Shown: positions 27,516 to 45,367 of the stretch, in pieces
Numbering within the stretch: the first letter of the stretch is position 1
Layout of the letters: each line of letters opens with the position of its first letter
Assembly (NCBI GenBank): GCA_964016885.1
Contig: OZ024744.1
Span: forward strand, 25,916,001 to 25,980,000
Reading direction: 5' to 3'
DNA length: 64,000 nucleotides
DNA from: Eledone cirrhosa
Taxonomy: Eukaryota
The notes under the pieces: generated by a model
The model's database searches: none
What the model was told of the DNA's origin: nothing
The model's input: only the letters and a program-made list of their open reading frames with translations
Program-made: the position numbers and the translations under genes

Positions 27516-27564
27516 GTTTAAGCAAAGAATCGCTGCTTTCACCCTTAACGGCATCTTCTGAAAC
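27516..27564 (-). ncRNA. Hammerhead-like motif family C
   Basis: gttt-CAGAAGA-tgccgttaagggt-GAAA-gca..tgc-TT-aaac. Confidence 0.55.
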
Positions 27565-28017
27565 AGAAAACGTGTGTGTGTGTGTGTGTGCCTGTGTATA
27601 TATATATATACATATATTTAATAAAATAACAGAGATAGTTTAAAGCTAAACTCTGACTGGTAACCATCTCACTCAACAAACATTAGGGTATATTTAAATA
27701 TAAACCCAATTTAAGTGTTTGGGGTGCTAACAATATGTATAATGCGGAAAAACCAATTGTATTATTTTATGAGATATAATTAAAGTTAAAGTATATCTCT
27801 CTTTCTCCAAATATATATATACATATATATACATATATATACATATGAATACATTTTCGGGGGACACCCTATATAGATATTTATACATATACATATACAT
27901 TTCTTAATATTCATTAATGATTTAATCAAAGTAATGCAACTTATTTTAATAACGTGTTCAGATAAAATAACTCTGACACAGTCTTGCAGTTCTCTAATCA
28001 TTATATATTAGATAAGT

Positions 28018-28205
28018 CGGTGGATTAGCAGTATCGGTAGAGGGTCGGACGCCATGCTTTCACTGCATAGTTACGTCCCTTTACGATCTGAGTTCAAATC
28101 CCGCCGAGGTTGACTTTGCCTTTCATCCTTACGGGGTCAATAAAATAAAGTACCAGTAATGCACTGGGTAATTGCTGGCCTTGTGCCTAAAGTAGAAACA
28201 ATTAT
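28018..28205 (+). mobile_element. Octopus-type tRNA-derived SINE
   Basis: B-box-like gagttcaaatccc and body gactttgcctttcatccttacggggtc.ataaaataaagtaccag; near-identical to 52217-52404. Confidence 0.8.
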
Positions 28206-28530
28206 ATATTAGATATGTTCATACACGGAACAAAAGAGCTACTTACGAACTGAAGGCTGAATGCCTCCCCAGATTGTAAGAGGAATCATACTTGTGAACT
28301 AATATAATATTAGTTAATTGCCGATGGGTATCCGAGGTAAAAATAGTTTAAATACGATACTAAATACGTTGGTAGGGTATCTTTATTTTATTACTTCTAC
28401 AAGACTAGAACTGTTTCATTCGTATCAAATGACAAGATATGTATATACATATAGATATATATTGTCATATATTTAAGTAAAATATATATAGATATATATA
28501 GTCCTACATATAAATAAGAGAGCGTGTGTG

Positions 28531-28741
<211 letters not shown>

Positions 28742-28984
28742 CATAAATATATGTAGAAACGTAGAAAATTCTGCTTGTAAGGTGGTCACATAAATAATGG
28801 TAGGTAAGAAGACTGTTATGTAGGTCATGGGGTGGCTACATAGGTAGACAGGTAGACAGGTAGGCAGGTAAGAACGTGGATAGCTAGGTATGTAGATAGG
28901 TAGGTAGCTGGAAATATATAGGTGTGTGGCTAGGCATGATGTGTAGGGAAAGTAAGAGACTAGACAGTATGTGAGATTGTCGGT

Positions 28985-31900
28985 GGTTGTGTGTGCATGT
29001 GTGTCTATCAGATTGTGTGTGTCTATGTGAATGTGTGTGTATATGTGAGTGTCTCGGTGGTTGTGTGTCTCTGTGTGTCTATGTGAGTGTGTGCGTGTCT
29101 GTGTGAGAGTGTGTGTCTATGTGAGTGTGCGTGTGTCTGTGTGAGTGTGTGTTTGTGTCTGTGTGAGTGTGCGTGTGTCTGTGTGAGTGTGTGTATGTGT
29201 CTGTATGACAGTGTGTGTGTGTCTGTGTGAGAGTGTGTGTCTATGTGAGTGTGCGTGTGTCTGTGTGAGTGTGTGTATGTGTCTGTGAGAGTGTGCGTGT
29301 GTCTGTGTGAGTGTGTGTATGTGTCTGTGTGACAGTGTGTGTGTGTGTGTGTGCGTGACAGTGTGTATATGTGTCTGTGAGACAGTGTGTATGTGTCTGT
29401 GTGACAGTGTGTATGTGTGTCTGTGTGACAGTGTGTGTGTCTGTGTCAATGTATGTGTGTCTGTGTGAGTGTGTGTGTCTGTGTGAGAGTGCGTGTGTCT
29501 GTGGGACAGTATGTTTGTGTCTGTGTGAGAGTGTGTGTCTCTGTGTGACAGGGTGTGTGTATGTGTGACAGTGTGTATGTTTATGTGTGACAGTGTGTTT
29601 GTATGTATGACGGTGTCTATGTGTGTCTATGTGAGAGTGTGTGTGTCTGTATGACAGTATCTGTATCACAGTGTATGTGTGACAGTGTGTGTGTGTCTGT
29701 GTGACAGTGTGTGTGTGTCTGTGTGACAGTGTTTGTGTGTGTCTGTGTGACAGTGTGTGTGCGTCTGTGTTACAGTGTGTGTTACAGTGTGTGTGTGTGT
29801 CTGTATGACAGTGTGTGTGTGTCTGTATGATAGTGTGTGTTTCTCTGTGAGAGTGTGTGTTTGTCTGTGTGACTGTGGATGTGTCTATGTGACAGTGTGT
29901 GTGTGTATGTGTGAGTGTGTGTGTGTCTATGTGAGAATGTCTGTGTCTGTGCGAGAGTGTGTGTATCTGTGTGAGAGTGTTTCTGTCTGTGTGACAGTGC
30001 GTGTGTTTCTATGTGACGGTGTGCGAGTGTGTATGTAACAATGTGTGTGTGTCTATGTCAGAGTGTGTGTTACTCTGTGTGTGTGTATGTGTGAGTTTCT
30101 GTGTGTGTGTGTATGGAAGAGTTGTGTGTCTGTGTGCCAGTGTTTGTGTGTCTGTGAGAGTGTGTGCGTCTGTATGACAGTGAGTGTGTCTGTGTGAGAG
30201 GGTGTGTGTCTGTGTGACAGTGTATTTGTCTGTGTGACTGTCTGTGTGTATGTGAGACAGTGTGTGTGTCTGTGTGACAGTGTGTGCGTCTGTGTGACAG
30301 TGTGGCTGAGTGACAGTATGTGTGTGTGTCTGTGTGAGGGTGTGAGTGTCTGTGTGACAGTGTGTGTGTGTCTATATGAGAGTGTGTGTGTTTGTGTGTG
30401 TGTCTGTGTGAAAGTGAGTGTGTATGTATGACAGTGTGTGTGTGTCTGAGTAACAGTGTGTGTGTCTATGTAAGTATGTGTGTCTGTGTGACAGTGTGTG
30501 TGTCTGTGTGAGAGTGTGTGTGTCTGTGTGACAGTGTCTGTGTCTGTGTGACAGTGTGTGTATCTATGTGACAGTGTGTGTGTCTGTGTGACAGTGTGTG
30601 TGTCAGTGGGACAGTGTGTGTATGTCTGTGTGACAGTATGTGTGTCTGTGAGAGTGTGTGTATCTGTGTGACAGTGTGTGGGTGTCTATGTGAGAGTGTG
30701 TGTGTCTGTGTGACATTGTGTGTCTGTGTGACAGTGTATGTATCTGTGTGACAGTGTGTGTGTCTGTGTGACAGTGTGTGTGTTCTGTGTGACGGTGTGT
30801 GTTTGTCTGTGTGACAGTGTGTGTGTGTGTATGTGTGAGTTTCTGTGTGTGTGTATGGAAGAGTTGTGTGTCTATATAATAGTTTCTGAGTCTATGTGTG
30901 TGTGAATGTGTGTGTATGAGTCTGTGCGTGCGTGAGTGTATGTGCATGTGACTGTATGATTGTGTGTGTGTGTGAGTGTATGTATGTGTGTGTGTGAGTA
31001 TATGTGTGTGTGCGTGAGTGTATGTGTGTGTGACTGTATATGTGTGTGTGTGTATGTGTATGTATGTGTGTGAGTGTATGTGTGTATGTATGTGTGTGTG
31101 TGTGTGTGTGAGTGAGTATGTGTGCGTGTGTGTGTGTGTATGTATATGTGTGTGTGTATATGTGTGAGTGTGTATGTGAGTGTATGTGTGTGTATGTGAG
31201 TGTATGTGTGTGTGTATGTGTGACAGTGTGTGTGTCTGTGTGCCAGTGTTTGTGTGCCTGTGAGAGTGTGTGCGTCTGTATGACAGTGAGTGTGTCTGTG
31301 TGAGAGGGTGTGTGTCTGTGTGACATTGTATTTGTCTGTGTGACTGTGTGTGTGTGTATGTGTGACAGTGTGTGTGTCTGTGTGAGAGTGTGTGTGTATG
31401 TGTGACAGTGTGTGTGTTTGTCTATATGACAGTGTGTGTGTCTGTGTGACAGTGTGTTTGTCTGTGTGACAGTGTGTGTGTCTATGTGAATGCGTGTGTG
31501 TCTTTGTGACAGTGTTTGTTTGTGTCTATGTGACAGTGTGTGTCTATGTGTGAGTGTGTCTGTGTCTATGTGAGAGTGTCTTTATCTGTGCGAAAGTGTG
31601 TGTCTGTGTGAGAGTGTGTGTTTGTGTGACATGTGTTTGTCTGTGTGACAGTGTGTGTGTGTCTTTGTGAGAGTGTGTGTGAGAGTGTGTGTGTATGTGT
31701 GACAGTGTGTGTGCGTCTGTATGACAGTGTGTGTGTCGCTGTGACAGTGTGTGTATGTCTGTGTGACTGTGTGTGTGTGTCTGAGTAACAGTGTGTGTGT
31801 CTATGTGAATGTGTTTGAACGTGTGACAGTGTGTGCGTCTGTGTCAGTGTGTGTGTGTCTCTATGTGTGTGTCTGTGTGACAGTATGTGTGTCTGTGTGA

Positions 31901-33556
31901 GAATGTGTGTGTGTCTGTGAGAGTATGTGTATGTATGTATATGTATGACAGTGTGTGTGGGTGTCTAGGTGACAGTGTGTGTGTCTGTGTGATATTGTGT
32001 GTGTGTCTGTGTGACAGTGTTTGTGTGTGCCTATGTGAGAGTGTGTGTGTCTCTGTGAAGGGTGTGTGTTCTGTGTGACAGTGTGTGTGTGTCTGTGTGA
32101 CAGTGTGTGTGTCTGTGTGACATTATGTGTGTCTGTATGACAGTGTGTGTGTCTGTGTGAGAGTGTGTGTGTCTGTGTGACAGTGTGTGTGTCTTTGTGA
32201 CAGTAAGTGTGTCTGTGTGTGACAGTGTTTGCGTCTATGTGGCAGTGCGTGTGTCTGTCTGACAGTGTGTGTGTGTGTGAGAGTGTGTGTGTTTCTATGT
32301 GACGATGTGCGAGTGCGTATGTGACAGTGTGTGTGTGTCTATGTGAGAGTTTGTGTTACTCTGTGTGTGTGTATGTGTGAGTTTATGTGTGTGTGTATTG
32401 AAGAGTTGTGTGTCTATATAAGAATTTCTGAGTGTATGTGTGTGAGAGTGTGTGTGTAGGTGTGTGTGTGTGTGTGTGTGCGTGAGTGTATGTGCGTGTG
32501 ACTGTATGTTTGTGTGTGTGTTTGAACGTGTGAAATTTCAAGCTTGAGACTTATTTTGTATCCTGCATATGTCTATCTATGTTTATATGTTTGTTGTGTT
32601 TATATGTATATGTATCATGCGTGTGTTTCTGTGGTTCTGTGTGTGTGTCTCTCTGCGCGTATGTGTGTGTGTGTATGTGTGTATGTATGTATGTGTGTAT
32701 GTGTGTATGTATGTATGTGTGTATATATGTGTGTATGTGTGTATGTATGTATGTATGTATGTGTGCATGGGTGTATGCGTGTGTGTATGTATATGTGTGT
32801 ATGTATATGTGTATGTGTGTATATATGTATGTATGTGTGTGTGTATGTGTGTATGTATGGGTGTATGTACGTATGTATGTATATATGTATGTATGTATAT
32901 GTGTATGTGTGTATGTATGTATATGTGTGTATGTATGTATGTGTGTATGTATGTATATGTATGTATGTATATATGTATGTATGTGTGTATGTATGTATTT
33001 ATATGTATGTATGCATGTATGTGTGTATGTGTGTATGTATGTATATAAGTGTATGTATGTATGTGTGTGTGTATGTATGTATATGTATGTATGTATATAT
33101 GTATGTATGTGTGGTTGTATGTATATATGTATGTATGTAGGTATGTATGTATGTAAATACGTATGTATGTATGTATGTATGTATGTATCTACCAATGGGT
33201 CTGCGTTTGTATGTGTGAAGGTAAATCTGTAAGTGGGTGTTTATCAACATCTGTGTCTGCATATGTGTGTCAGTGCTTATATCTATGTGTATGCCTTTAT
33301 CTGTGTGTGTGCATTTATCCCTGTGTGTATGTATGTGTTTATGTCATGTGTGTGTATGTATGTTTATGTCATGTGTGTCTATGTAGGGGTGTTTATCGTC
33401 ATATGTGTGTGTGTAGGGGTGTCTATCTCTCTCTCTCTCTCTCTCTCTCTCCTTCTCTATCTCTCTCCCACTCTCTCTCTCTCTCTCACTCTCTCTCTCT
33501 CTTTCTCTGTCTCTGTGTCTCCCACTCTCTCTCTCCCCCACTATCTCTCTCTCCCA

Positions 33557-33589
<33 letters not shown>

Positions 33590-33710
33590 CCACACTCTCT
33601 CTCTCTCTCTCTTTCTCTCTATCTCCCACTCTCTCTCTCCCACTGTTTCTCTCCCACTCTCTCTCTCTCTATATATATCTGGGTGTGTGTGTGTGTCTGT
33701 GTGTGTAATG
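28985..33710. repeat. Degenerate TG-rich satellite (about gtgtgtgtctgtgtgaca) grading into (ATGT)n and (CT)n
   Basis: Visible repeat structure. Confidence 0.9.
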
Positions 33711-34041
33711 TTGAAGCATTTAATGAATATCCAAGCACGGGAAAATTCACCCAGGTGGAAATGGAATTTTTACACCTTGGTAGTTGTACTGAGAGAGCCG
33801 TAAGAGGCGAAACATTAAGTTATTGGACATGACTGACAGTATTCGGCTGGAATATCACAACTCCACCTTCCATCGCAATAATATCATATATACATTCATA
33901 GTATTGCTTTACTTCTTCTCATAGTTGTTTGGAATTTTTAGATTATCACTTTTACGATCATTTTTATTTTTATCTGATGACTTTTATCTTAATATATCTA
34001 TGTTTATCTATGTATATATATATATGTATATATATACATAT

Positions 34042-34075
<34 letters not shown>

Positions 34076-34172
34076 GAATACATATATACATACATACATA
34101 CTTACACGCATGCATACGTACATATATTCATACATATATATATATACATACATACGAATATACATGAAAACA

Positions 34173-34225
<53 letters not shown>

Positions 34226-34910
34226 CATATATACATACATATATACATACATATATACATACATACATACAAACATACATACATACATACATATACATGA
34301 AAACAAACATATATATATATATATATATACATATATATATACATATATACATACATATATACATACATATATACATACATACATACAAACATACATACAT
34401 ACATACATACATACATACATACATACATACATACATACGTAAATACATACATAAATACATACATAAAATACATACATACATACATAGATACATACATACA
34501 TACACACATACATACATACATATATACTTCTTCAACATTAAGTTGTTTAGCTATTAGAAAGGAAGATAATATAGGACAAAGAAAGTTATGACTGAAAAAA
34601 GAAAAAAGAAACAGAAAAGAAGAAACGGTAAAATATAGATGAGGACCGTGTCTTTGACTTTCAGACTTTTATGGAAGTTATGAAGACTTTGGTAAACTCT
34701 TCTCTTGGAATTCGGGTTTATTTTTATTTTATTTTCCCAACTGTTGAGAGATGAAGCAACGAAAGATTTAAAAAGAAAAAGTAAACAGAAAAAATAGAAA
34801 ACAACTATTCTTTCCTCTCTTCTGTGTCAAATACGAAACTGACAGGCATATATGTATGTATGTATGTATGTTTGTATGTATGTATGTATGTTTGTATGTA
34901 TGTATGTATG

Positions 34911-35510
34911 TTTTCTCTTTCTCTTAATTTCGAGTATATTTTTTTGACCGGCCACCTTCCTGGTGGCAAGGTTGTAAAAGAAAAGAAATTGTCATCCTTT
35001 GAATCGCAAGAATGTTTTGCAAATTTTGAAGGTGCCAGCTATCGCAGCCATTTGTAGACTATGAATTAGGGAGCAGCGCTTTTTGTCCGCAAATCCAAGT
35101 TCAGTCATACTTTGGTCCAAGCGGGTTGGTATATAACCCGTAGCACCAATAATGATGGGTATGAAGCTAAAGGTGTATCTTGGATACTGGATTTGTAAAC
35201 TCCTCATCAATGGTCCGTAGATGTCCTCCTTCTGTATTTTTCTGACAATGTTTACATCAAGTGGGCAGCTGATCTCCACAACAGAGCACGTTTTCAATGT
35301 GTGGTCCCAAACTACAATATCAGGCCAGTTGTGCTTTAATTTGGTGGCAGTTTTTATTTTCAGGTTCCACCAGTATTCCTTAGTGCCATCTGTCTCAATA
35401 TATTCTTCCTCGTTTGTTGTTAATTTTGTTTTCCGAAGTGCGTTCCAGATGGTTCTAGCTATCCCATTGTGTCTCATGGGGAGGTAGTTGCGAGATATAA
35501 GCGTGGATGT
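34911..35510 (-). mobile_element. R4/Dong-like LINE 3' end (restriction-like endonuclease remnant plus 3' UTR) in (ATGT)n
   Basis: ORF 34992-35477 reads RHNGIA...HNWPDIVVWD...VVEISCP...K...YGPL...IPIIIGATG (PD-(D/E)xK-like). (ATGT)n lies on both sides. Confidence 0.85.
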
Positions 35511-35608
35511 AAGTATGTATGTATGTATGTATGTATGTATGTATGTATGTATGTATGTATGTATGTATGTATGTATGTATGTATGTATGTATGTATGTAT
35601 GTGTGTAT

Positions 35609-37381
35609 GTCAGGTCACCACTTGGTGCTACTGGTAACATGTATCCCAGTACAACCTGTCTCATGGTCGGGTCGTTGGCGACTAAACTGGCAACCCCACC
35701 AAGGTTTCTTGGTGAGGAGGGTGACTTTGGACATCCTGCAGGACTAAAAACAAAACCTGTCAAAGGGCAAAGGAGCTCTTAAGAGTCAATGACCATCCAA
35801 AATCACTGGGAGAGATGACCCCTTAGCCTTTGTCAAGGCAGAATTCTAGGAGAAGGAAAACTCTGATATAACACCTGCAACCCTGATGGTATCCAATGAT
35901 GTTGACTTGTTCTTCTTTTTGGTAAATATCATCTTGGTTAAGAGAGTGGGACTGGCTTTGTGCAGTGCCTTTGCTCACTATAAAAGCTTCACGGCACAGG
36001 CATTGCTTTATATCTGGAGATCTCTCTGCACTTGCCGTCACATGGTACCATGGGCCCAACACTATGTGTCAATAATTGTCACAAGTGTAGTGTTTGTACC
36101 AGGGTTTTCAAGTCGCTGGCTGGACTAAAAAGTCACACTCGTTCAGCGCATCGGTAGGGGTTCTCCTACATGGATATAAAGTAGTGGCCGTACTCGAAAA
36201 CGAGTTGGCAGCCACCATGTGTGTATGTATGTATGTAACATGTATCCCAGTACAACCCGTCTCATGTTCGGGTCGTTGGTGACTAAACTGGCAACCACAC
36301 CAATGTTTCTTGGTGAGGAGGGTGACTTTGGACATCCTGCAGGAGTAAAAACAAAACTTGTCAAAGGGCAAAGGAGCTCTTAAGAGTCAATGGCCATCCA
36401 AAGTCACCGGGAGAGATGACCCCTTAGCCTTTGTCAAGGCAGAATTCTAGGAGAAGGAAAACTCTGTTATAATACCTGAAAACCTGATGGTATCCAATGA
36501 TGTTGACTTGTTCTTCTTTTTGGTAAATGTCATCTTGGTTCAGAGAGAGGGACTGGCTTTGTGCAGTGCCTTTGCTCACTATAAAAGCTTCACGGCACTT
36601 GTCGTCACATGGTACCATGGGCCCAGCACTGTGTGTCATAATTGTCACAAGTGTTGTGTTTGTCCCAGAGTTTTCAAGTCGCTGGCTGAACTAAAAAGTC
36701 ACACTCGTTCAGCGCATCGGTAGGGGTTCTCCTACATGGATATAAAGTAGTGGCCGTGCTCGAAAACGAGTTGGCAGCCACCATGTGTGTATGTATGTAT
36801 GTAACATGTATCCCAGTACAACCCGTCTCATGTTCGGGTCGTTGGTGACTAAACTGGCAACCACACCAATGTTTCTTGGTGAGGAGGGTGACTTTGGACA
36901 TCCTGCAGGAGTAAAAACAAAACCTGTCAAAGGGCAAAGGAGCTCTTAAGAGTCAATGGCCATCCAAAGTCACCGGGAGAGATGACCCCTTAGCCTTTGT
37001 CAAGGCAGAATTCTAGGAGAAGGAAAACTCTGTTATAATACCTGAAAACCTGATGGTATCCAATGATGTTGACTTGTTCTTCTTTTTGGTAAATGTCATC
37101 TTGGTTAAGAGAGAGGGACTGGCTTTGTGCAGTGCCTTTGCTCACTATAAAAGCTTCACGGCACTTGTCGTCACATGGTACCATGGGCCCAGCACTGTGT
37201 GTCATAATTGTCACAAGTGTTGTGTTTGTCCCAGAGTTTTCAAGTCGCTGGCTGAACTAAAAAGTCACACTCGTTCAGCGCATCGGTAGGGGTTCTCCTA
37301 CATGGATATAAAGTAGTGGCCTTGCTCGAAAACGAGTTGGCAGCCACCATGTGTGTATGTATGTATGTATGTATGTATGAT

Positions 37382-37413
<32 letters not shown>

Positions 37414-37450
37414 TGTATGTATGAATATATGTATGTATGTATGTATGTAT
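35609..37450 (+). mobile_element. Second head-to-tail array (3 units) of the RTE-derived element
   Basis: Units at about 35609-36216, 36237-36782 and 36803-37348. The last two share an internal deletion and repeat with a 566-bp period. Confidence 0.8.
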
Positions 37451-37495
37451 GTATACACACACGCACGTACACACACACGTACACACACACACACA

Positions 37496-37534
<39 letters not shown>

Positions 37535-37565
37535 ATATATATATATATATAAGTATGTATCTATG

Positions 37566-37601
<36 letters not shown>

Positions 37602-37674
37602 TACACACTCACACTCACACACACGCACGTACACACACACACACATGCACACACACATGCACACACACACAAAC

Positions 37675-37717
<43 letters not shown>

Positions 37718-37829
37718 CTCAAGTGAGAGGGAGTGATATATGCGTACATACAACTACAAATTCATACGTGTATGCACGTATACATGCATGCATACATACG
37801 TACATATATATATACATATATATGTATAT

Positions 37830-38600
37830 ATATTTCGTTTCTGAATTTGTTTAGCAAGATTCTTTATCTGAAATCGTGTGTTGAAACTGATATTGTTATA
37901 CTTTGGAAGGGTCATGTTGCCAATAAGAAACACACGCACCAGTTGCTTTCACTTCAACTTATTATATATTTATAAATTTATAAATTTACAAATCTACAAA
38001 CTTATAAATTTCTGGTTGGTTGGCTGGTTCCACAGCCAGATAGTTGTTTATATATAGTCATAGTCCTTTCGTCACACACTCTGTGACCTCTTCAGTGTCT
38101 GGGGATTCCTTTCTTTGTTTCTGTGCCTTTCCTTTCTTCTATCCTACGCCATTTTGTTTCTGTGTGTGTGTTGTGTGCTCAGTTTGCGCATGCGCCACAT
38201 CCGGGTGCCTGTGTGTGTTTGTGTTCATTTATCTATTTGTTTATTTATTTATTTATTGTTGGTTGGTTGTTTGTTCTATGTGTGTGTGTGTTTTCATTTT
38301 GTCCTGTGTGTGTTTTCATTTTGTCCTTAATTGTAAGTTGTTTGTTCTATGTGTGTGTGTGTTTTTATTTTGTCCTGTGTGTGTTTTCATTTTGTCCTTA
38401 ATTGTAAGTTGTGATGTTGCTGTTCCACTCATATTTTCTATTTAATTTTGGTTGTAATTCTTTTATGCTTACTGCCTCTGTAATTTGCCTAAACATTGCA
38501 TCTTTTCTGTGTGTGGATTCTATTTTTATTTCTATGTTCTCTAACCTACCCCTGTGTTCTATCTTAGCATGTTGGTAGAGCACAGATGATTCTTTATTAT
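37830..38600 (-). mobile_element. Penelope-like element 3' fragment (GIY-YIG C-terminus, UTR, degenerate hammerhead at 38057-38099)
   Basis: HAKIEH...DAMFRQITEAVSIKELQPKLNRKYEW, then gaca-CTGAAGA-ggtcac..gtgac-GAAA-ggac-TA-tgac on the same strand. Confidence 0.75.
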
Positions 38601-38642
38601 CTTGATTATTATATATAATTATATCTATACCTGTATATATAT

Positions 38643-38732
<90 letters not shown>

Positions 38733-38789
38733 ATATATATTATTATATATAATTACATATATATATATAGATATAATTACATATATAAT

Positions 38790-39003
38790 TTCTCACATGT
38801 GAGAAAAACCACAGACCCTCCATCTCAATTCTACTTTTGAAAAGCACAAGAACTGAGAAACCGGTAAAGGAACCAAATAAATATATATATATTTTTTTCA
38901 ATAAGACTCTAGTTGCATTTTCGATTCCATCTTTTTTCTTTATACTTTCATTCGTGTAGGACTCCTCGGTTATTTTTCATTTTGTAAAAATCTCACTTTC
39001 TAA
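38790..39003 (+). mobile_element. Family A single copy
   Basis: Starts at the hairpin tttctcacatgtgagaaa and ends ctcactttctaa-(TA)n. Confidence 0.8.
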
Positions 39004-39154
39004 TATATATATATATATATATGTATATATATCTATATCCAAAATTAAGATAAATTAAATTAATTTAATCCAAATCGAAATTGAGGGTGTCATGTCATAA
39101 TGCATGCGCCATATCGCCTGGAAAATAAGCTCCAAGATAAATCTGAGCATTTTA

Positions 39155-39595
39155 TAATAACTAGAAATTGATTAACATATAAATATACATGAATAATCGC
39201 AGGAGATGATCTTTAGACGCGTGTAACCACGCATAGCTAGTTTGGGTAAAAATTAAATTTATACCTTTAAGTATGAAACGAAACTGCTATCTTATGTAGA
39301 CACACCACTCGGTAACGGCTAGATGAAGATTTGAACTCGTAGTGTGAGGACGGATAGCTGGACATTATTACTCTTCTTGTTGACAATCCAATAATATCCA
39401 CTTTCCGTGACATACCATCTGATTAATTGGTGAAATATATTTCTTTAATGGGATATATACAAGGAAGGTTAATCATACTTAAAGGTATAAATTTAATTTT
39501 TACCCGAACTAGCTATGCGTGGTTACACGCGTCTAAAAATGATCTCCTGTGATTATTCATGTATATTTATATGTTAATCAATTTCTAGTTATTAT
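39155..39595. repeat. Fold-back element with ~120-bp arms
   Basis: 39155-39275 is inverted against 39473-39595. Confidence 0.8.
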
Positions 39596-39766
39596 ATGTA
39601 TATATATATATATAAATATTTACGCATACACCAATTAAACACAGGTATATATGTGTTTTGGCCACTTTCCACGATGTGGCTCAATGGAGAATTAATAATT
39701 AATCAGAGCAAAAGAGATGATGTATATATATTATCAAATAATTCTCTGGACATGCTTTACTCTATA

Positions 39767-39828
<62 letters not shown>

Positions 39829-40019
39829 CTTGTTATGTGCGTAACTTTGTGGTAATGACAGAACAGAATTCTGATGCGATTTTTATTTCAGAGTCGGGCT
39901 AAATCGATACAGATCGAAACTTGATCTGATCAATGGTGAAACGCACGTCACTAGCTAATAAACGTAGTGAAGACATAACAAATCGTGCTTTATTTATATA
40001 TATATATATATATATACAC

Positions 40020-43190
<3,171 letters not shown>

Positions 43191-43231
43191 ATCGGCAGAG
43201 CACTGGAGACATACCACGTGGTTTTTCTTAA

Positions 43232-43298
<67 letters not shown>

Positions 43299-43416
43299 CT
43301 TAAGAAAAACCACGTGGTATGTCTCCAGTGCTCTGCCGATCTACACAGAGAATAAAATAATGTAAGGTAAAATACATACATATATATATGTATGGTTTCT
43401 TTATTGGCCACAAGGG

Positions 43417-43478
<62 letters not shown>

Positions 43479-43489
43479 ATTATTATTAT

Positions 43490-43528
<39 letters not shown>

Positions 43529-45236
43529 TTAAATGTGCGTGTTTTTGTATACCTATGGCAAGTGTTTTCGCGTATGCTTGTGTATGTACGTATTTGGATG
43601 CGTGTATGTATTTATTTAATTTCAATTACCTCTGTATTTTATTTACTTTATTCTTAACTCTGAAGCGGAGAATCATTCGGTTTCCTAGTTAGAATTTTAG
43701 TCTACGACTTCAGTTATACCATTTACGTGGTTTTGTCTTTGCGTGCAATTATTCTCCACGATCCACATATGACGAATTATCTTCGTTTTTTCCGTTCATT
43801 GCCAGAGAACGTCTCTATGAACTACCTAATCTGTTAGAACACGAAAAGTGTGAAACACAGAATGTTCACTTTTCGTGTTCTAACATAATAACATATATGC
43901 CTAGCTTCTTTAAAAATTTTTCGGGGATAGCCGTGGTGGTGGTGATCGTATGTCATTGGCTAATTTTCAACCAATCAGAGTACCTCTCTCTATATCTCTT
44001 CCACTGTTACTTACGCCTGTTTCTCTCTATCTGTTCCGTCTCTATATATATCTCTTACTCTTTCGCTTTGCACTCCTCCCCTTCAATACCATCTCTCCCC
44101 CTCTCTATATATTTGTTACTCTATCGCTGCACGCTCCTCTCCTTCAATATATCAATTACACACGCTTTACACTCCTTTATCCCCAGCGCCCCTATATATA
44201 CACCCCCCTCTCCCGCATCTATATTTTAATGTACCGTTGCACCGTGAATATATGTGTCTATATATATATACATATATATTGTATATACACATTCATGTAT
44301 GTGTATACACATTCATGTATGTATATACACTGGTTTTATGTGTGTATTGTAAATTTGTACTGTTAAAACACGAAACTAACATTCGATTGACACTTTGATT
44401 ACCTGTACAGGCAATAGTTATTAGAATGCTGTTGAAGTGTGTATATATTTTTGGGGGACATCCTGTATATACACACATTATATATAATACAATAAACAGA
44501 TAAATACACACATATATATATGAGCTTATTTAATTATAAATATTGTGAATTTTTAACTCAGTTCAATTATATATATAAATGGCTTCTACAGGACTAGAAC
44601 TGTTTCATTCGAAAGAAATCATCATAATATTGAGAGGGGGGACTAGATAAAATATTTCAAATCAAATGTGTATAAGTTATAAGTTAAAATGTATAAATAG
44701 AGACGATAGTGGAGGTATATCTGTTTAGTGGAACAGTAGACGATAGAATTAAATACAGACGATAATCTCCCTTTAATGAAACAGCAGACGATAGAATTAA
44801 GGCAATTTAAATTTTAAGCATTTGCATTTTTGCCTTTCATCGTTACGGGGTCGATAAAATAAAGTACCAGTAATACACTGTCACTAGACGACTTTCAAAT
44901 TGAATTGTTGGTTCCATTTCTTTAGTATTTTCAATTGTAGTTATCTACTTAAAAAGCGTTACACGGTTAGAGACATAATTCGTAAGTTATATCTTCCCTA
45001 TTAAACCATTGCATTATTTCGCCTACAATAGAACAAAAATGAAATGTTCTTTAAAGAAACAGGAATATAACTTTATAAAAAAAAAAGTTGCATCCGCTTC
45101 TTTTATCATTGATAATTTTTTCGTTTTAATATTAATTGTTTTTTGTAGTTGTTTATATTAAAAATCTTACTGTAATATTTACTTAAACGAAGGCAAACAT
45201 CTAAACTTATAGATTAATCTTGAGCGAAGGACTAGA

Positions 45237-45367
<131 letters not shown>

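Noticed and set aside
28018-28205. tRNA gene
   Set aside because: Only a B-box-like motif is present; no cloverleaf was found, and it is a dispersed SINE.
32544-34557. Many VCMY/HTYI-type ORFs here and throughout the window
   Set aside because: Microsatellite read-through.
35612-35755. HDV-like ribozyme fold in the RTE-derived unit
   Set aside because: The helix order can be drawn, but L3 lacks the usual pyrimidine consensus and P2 is only 4 bp. Kept only as a hypothesis.
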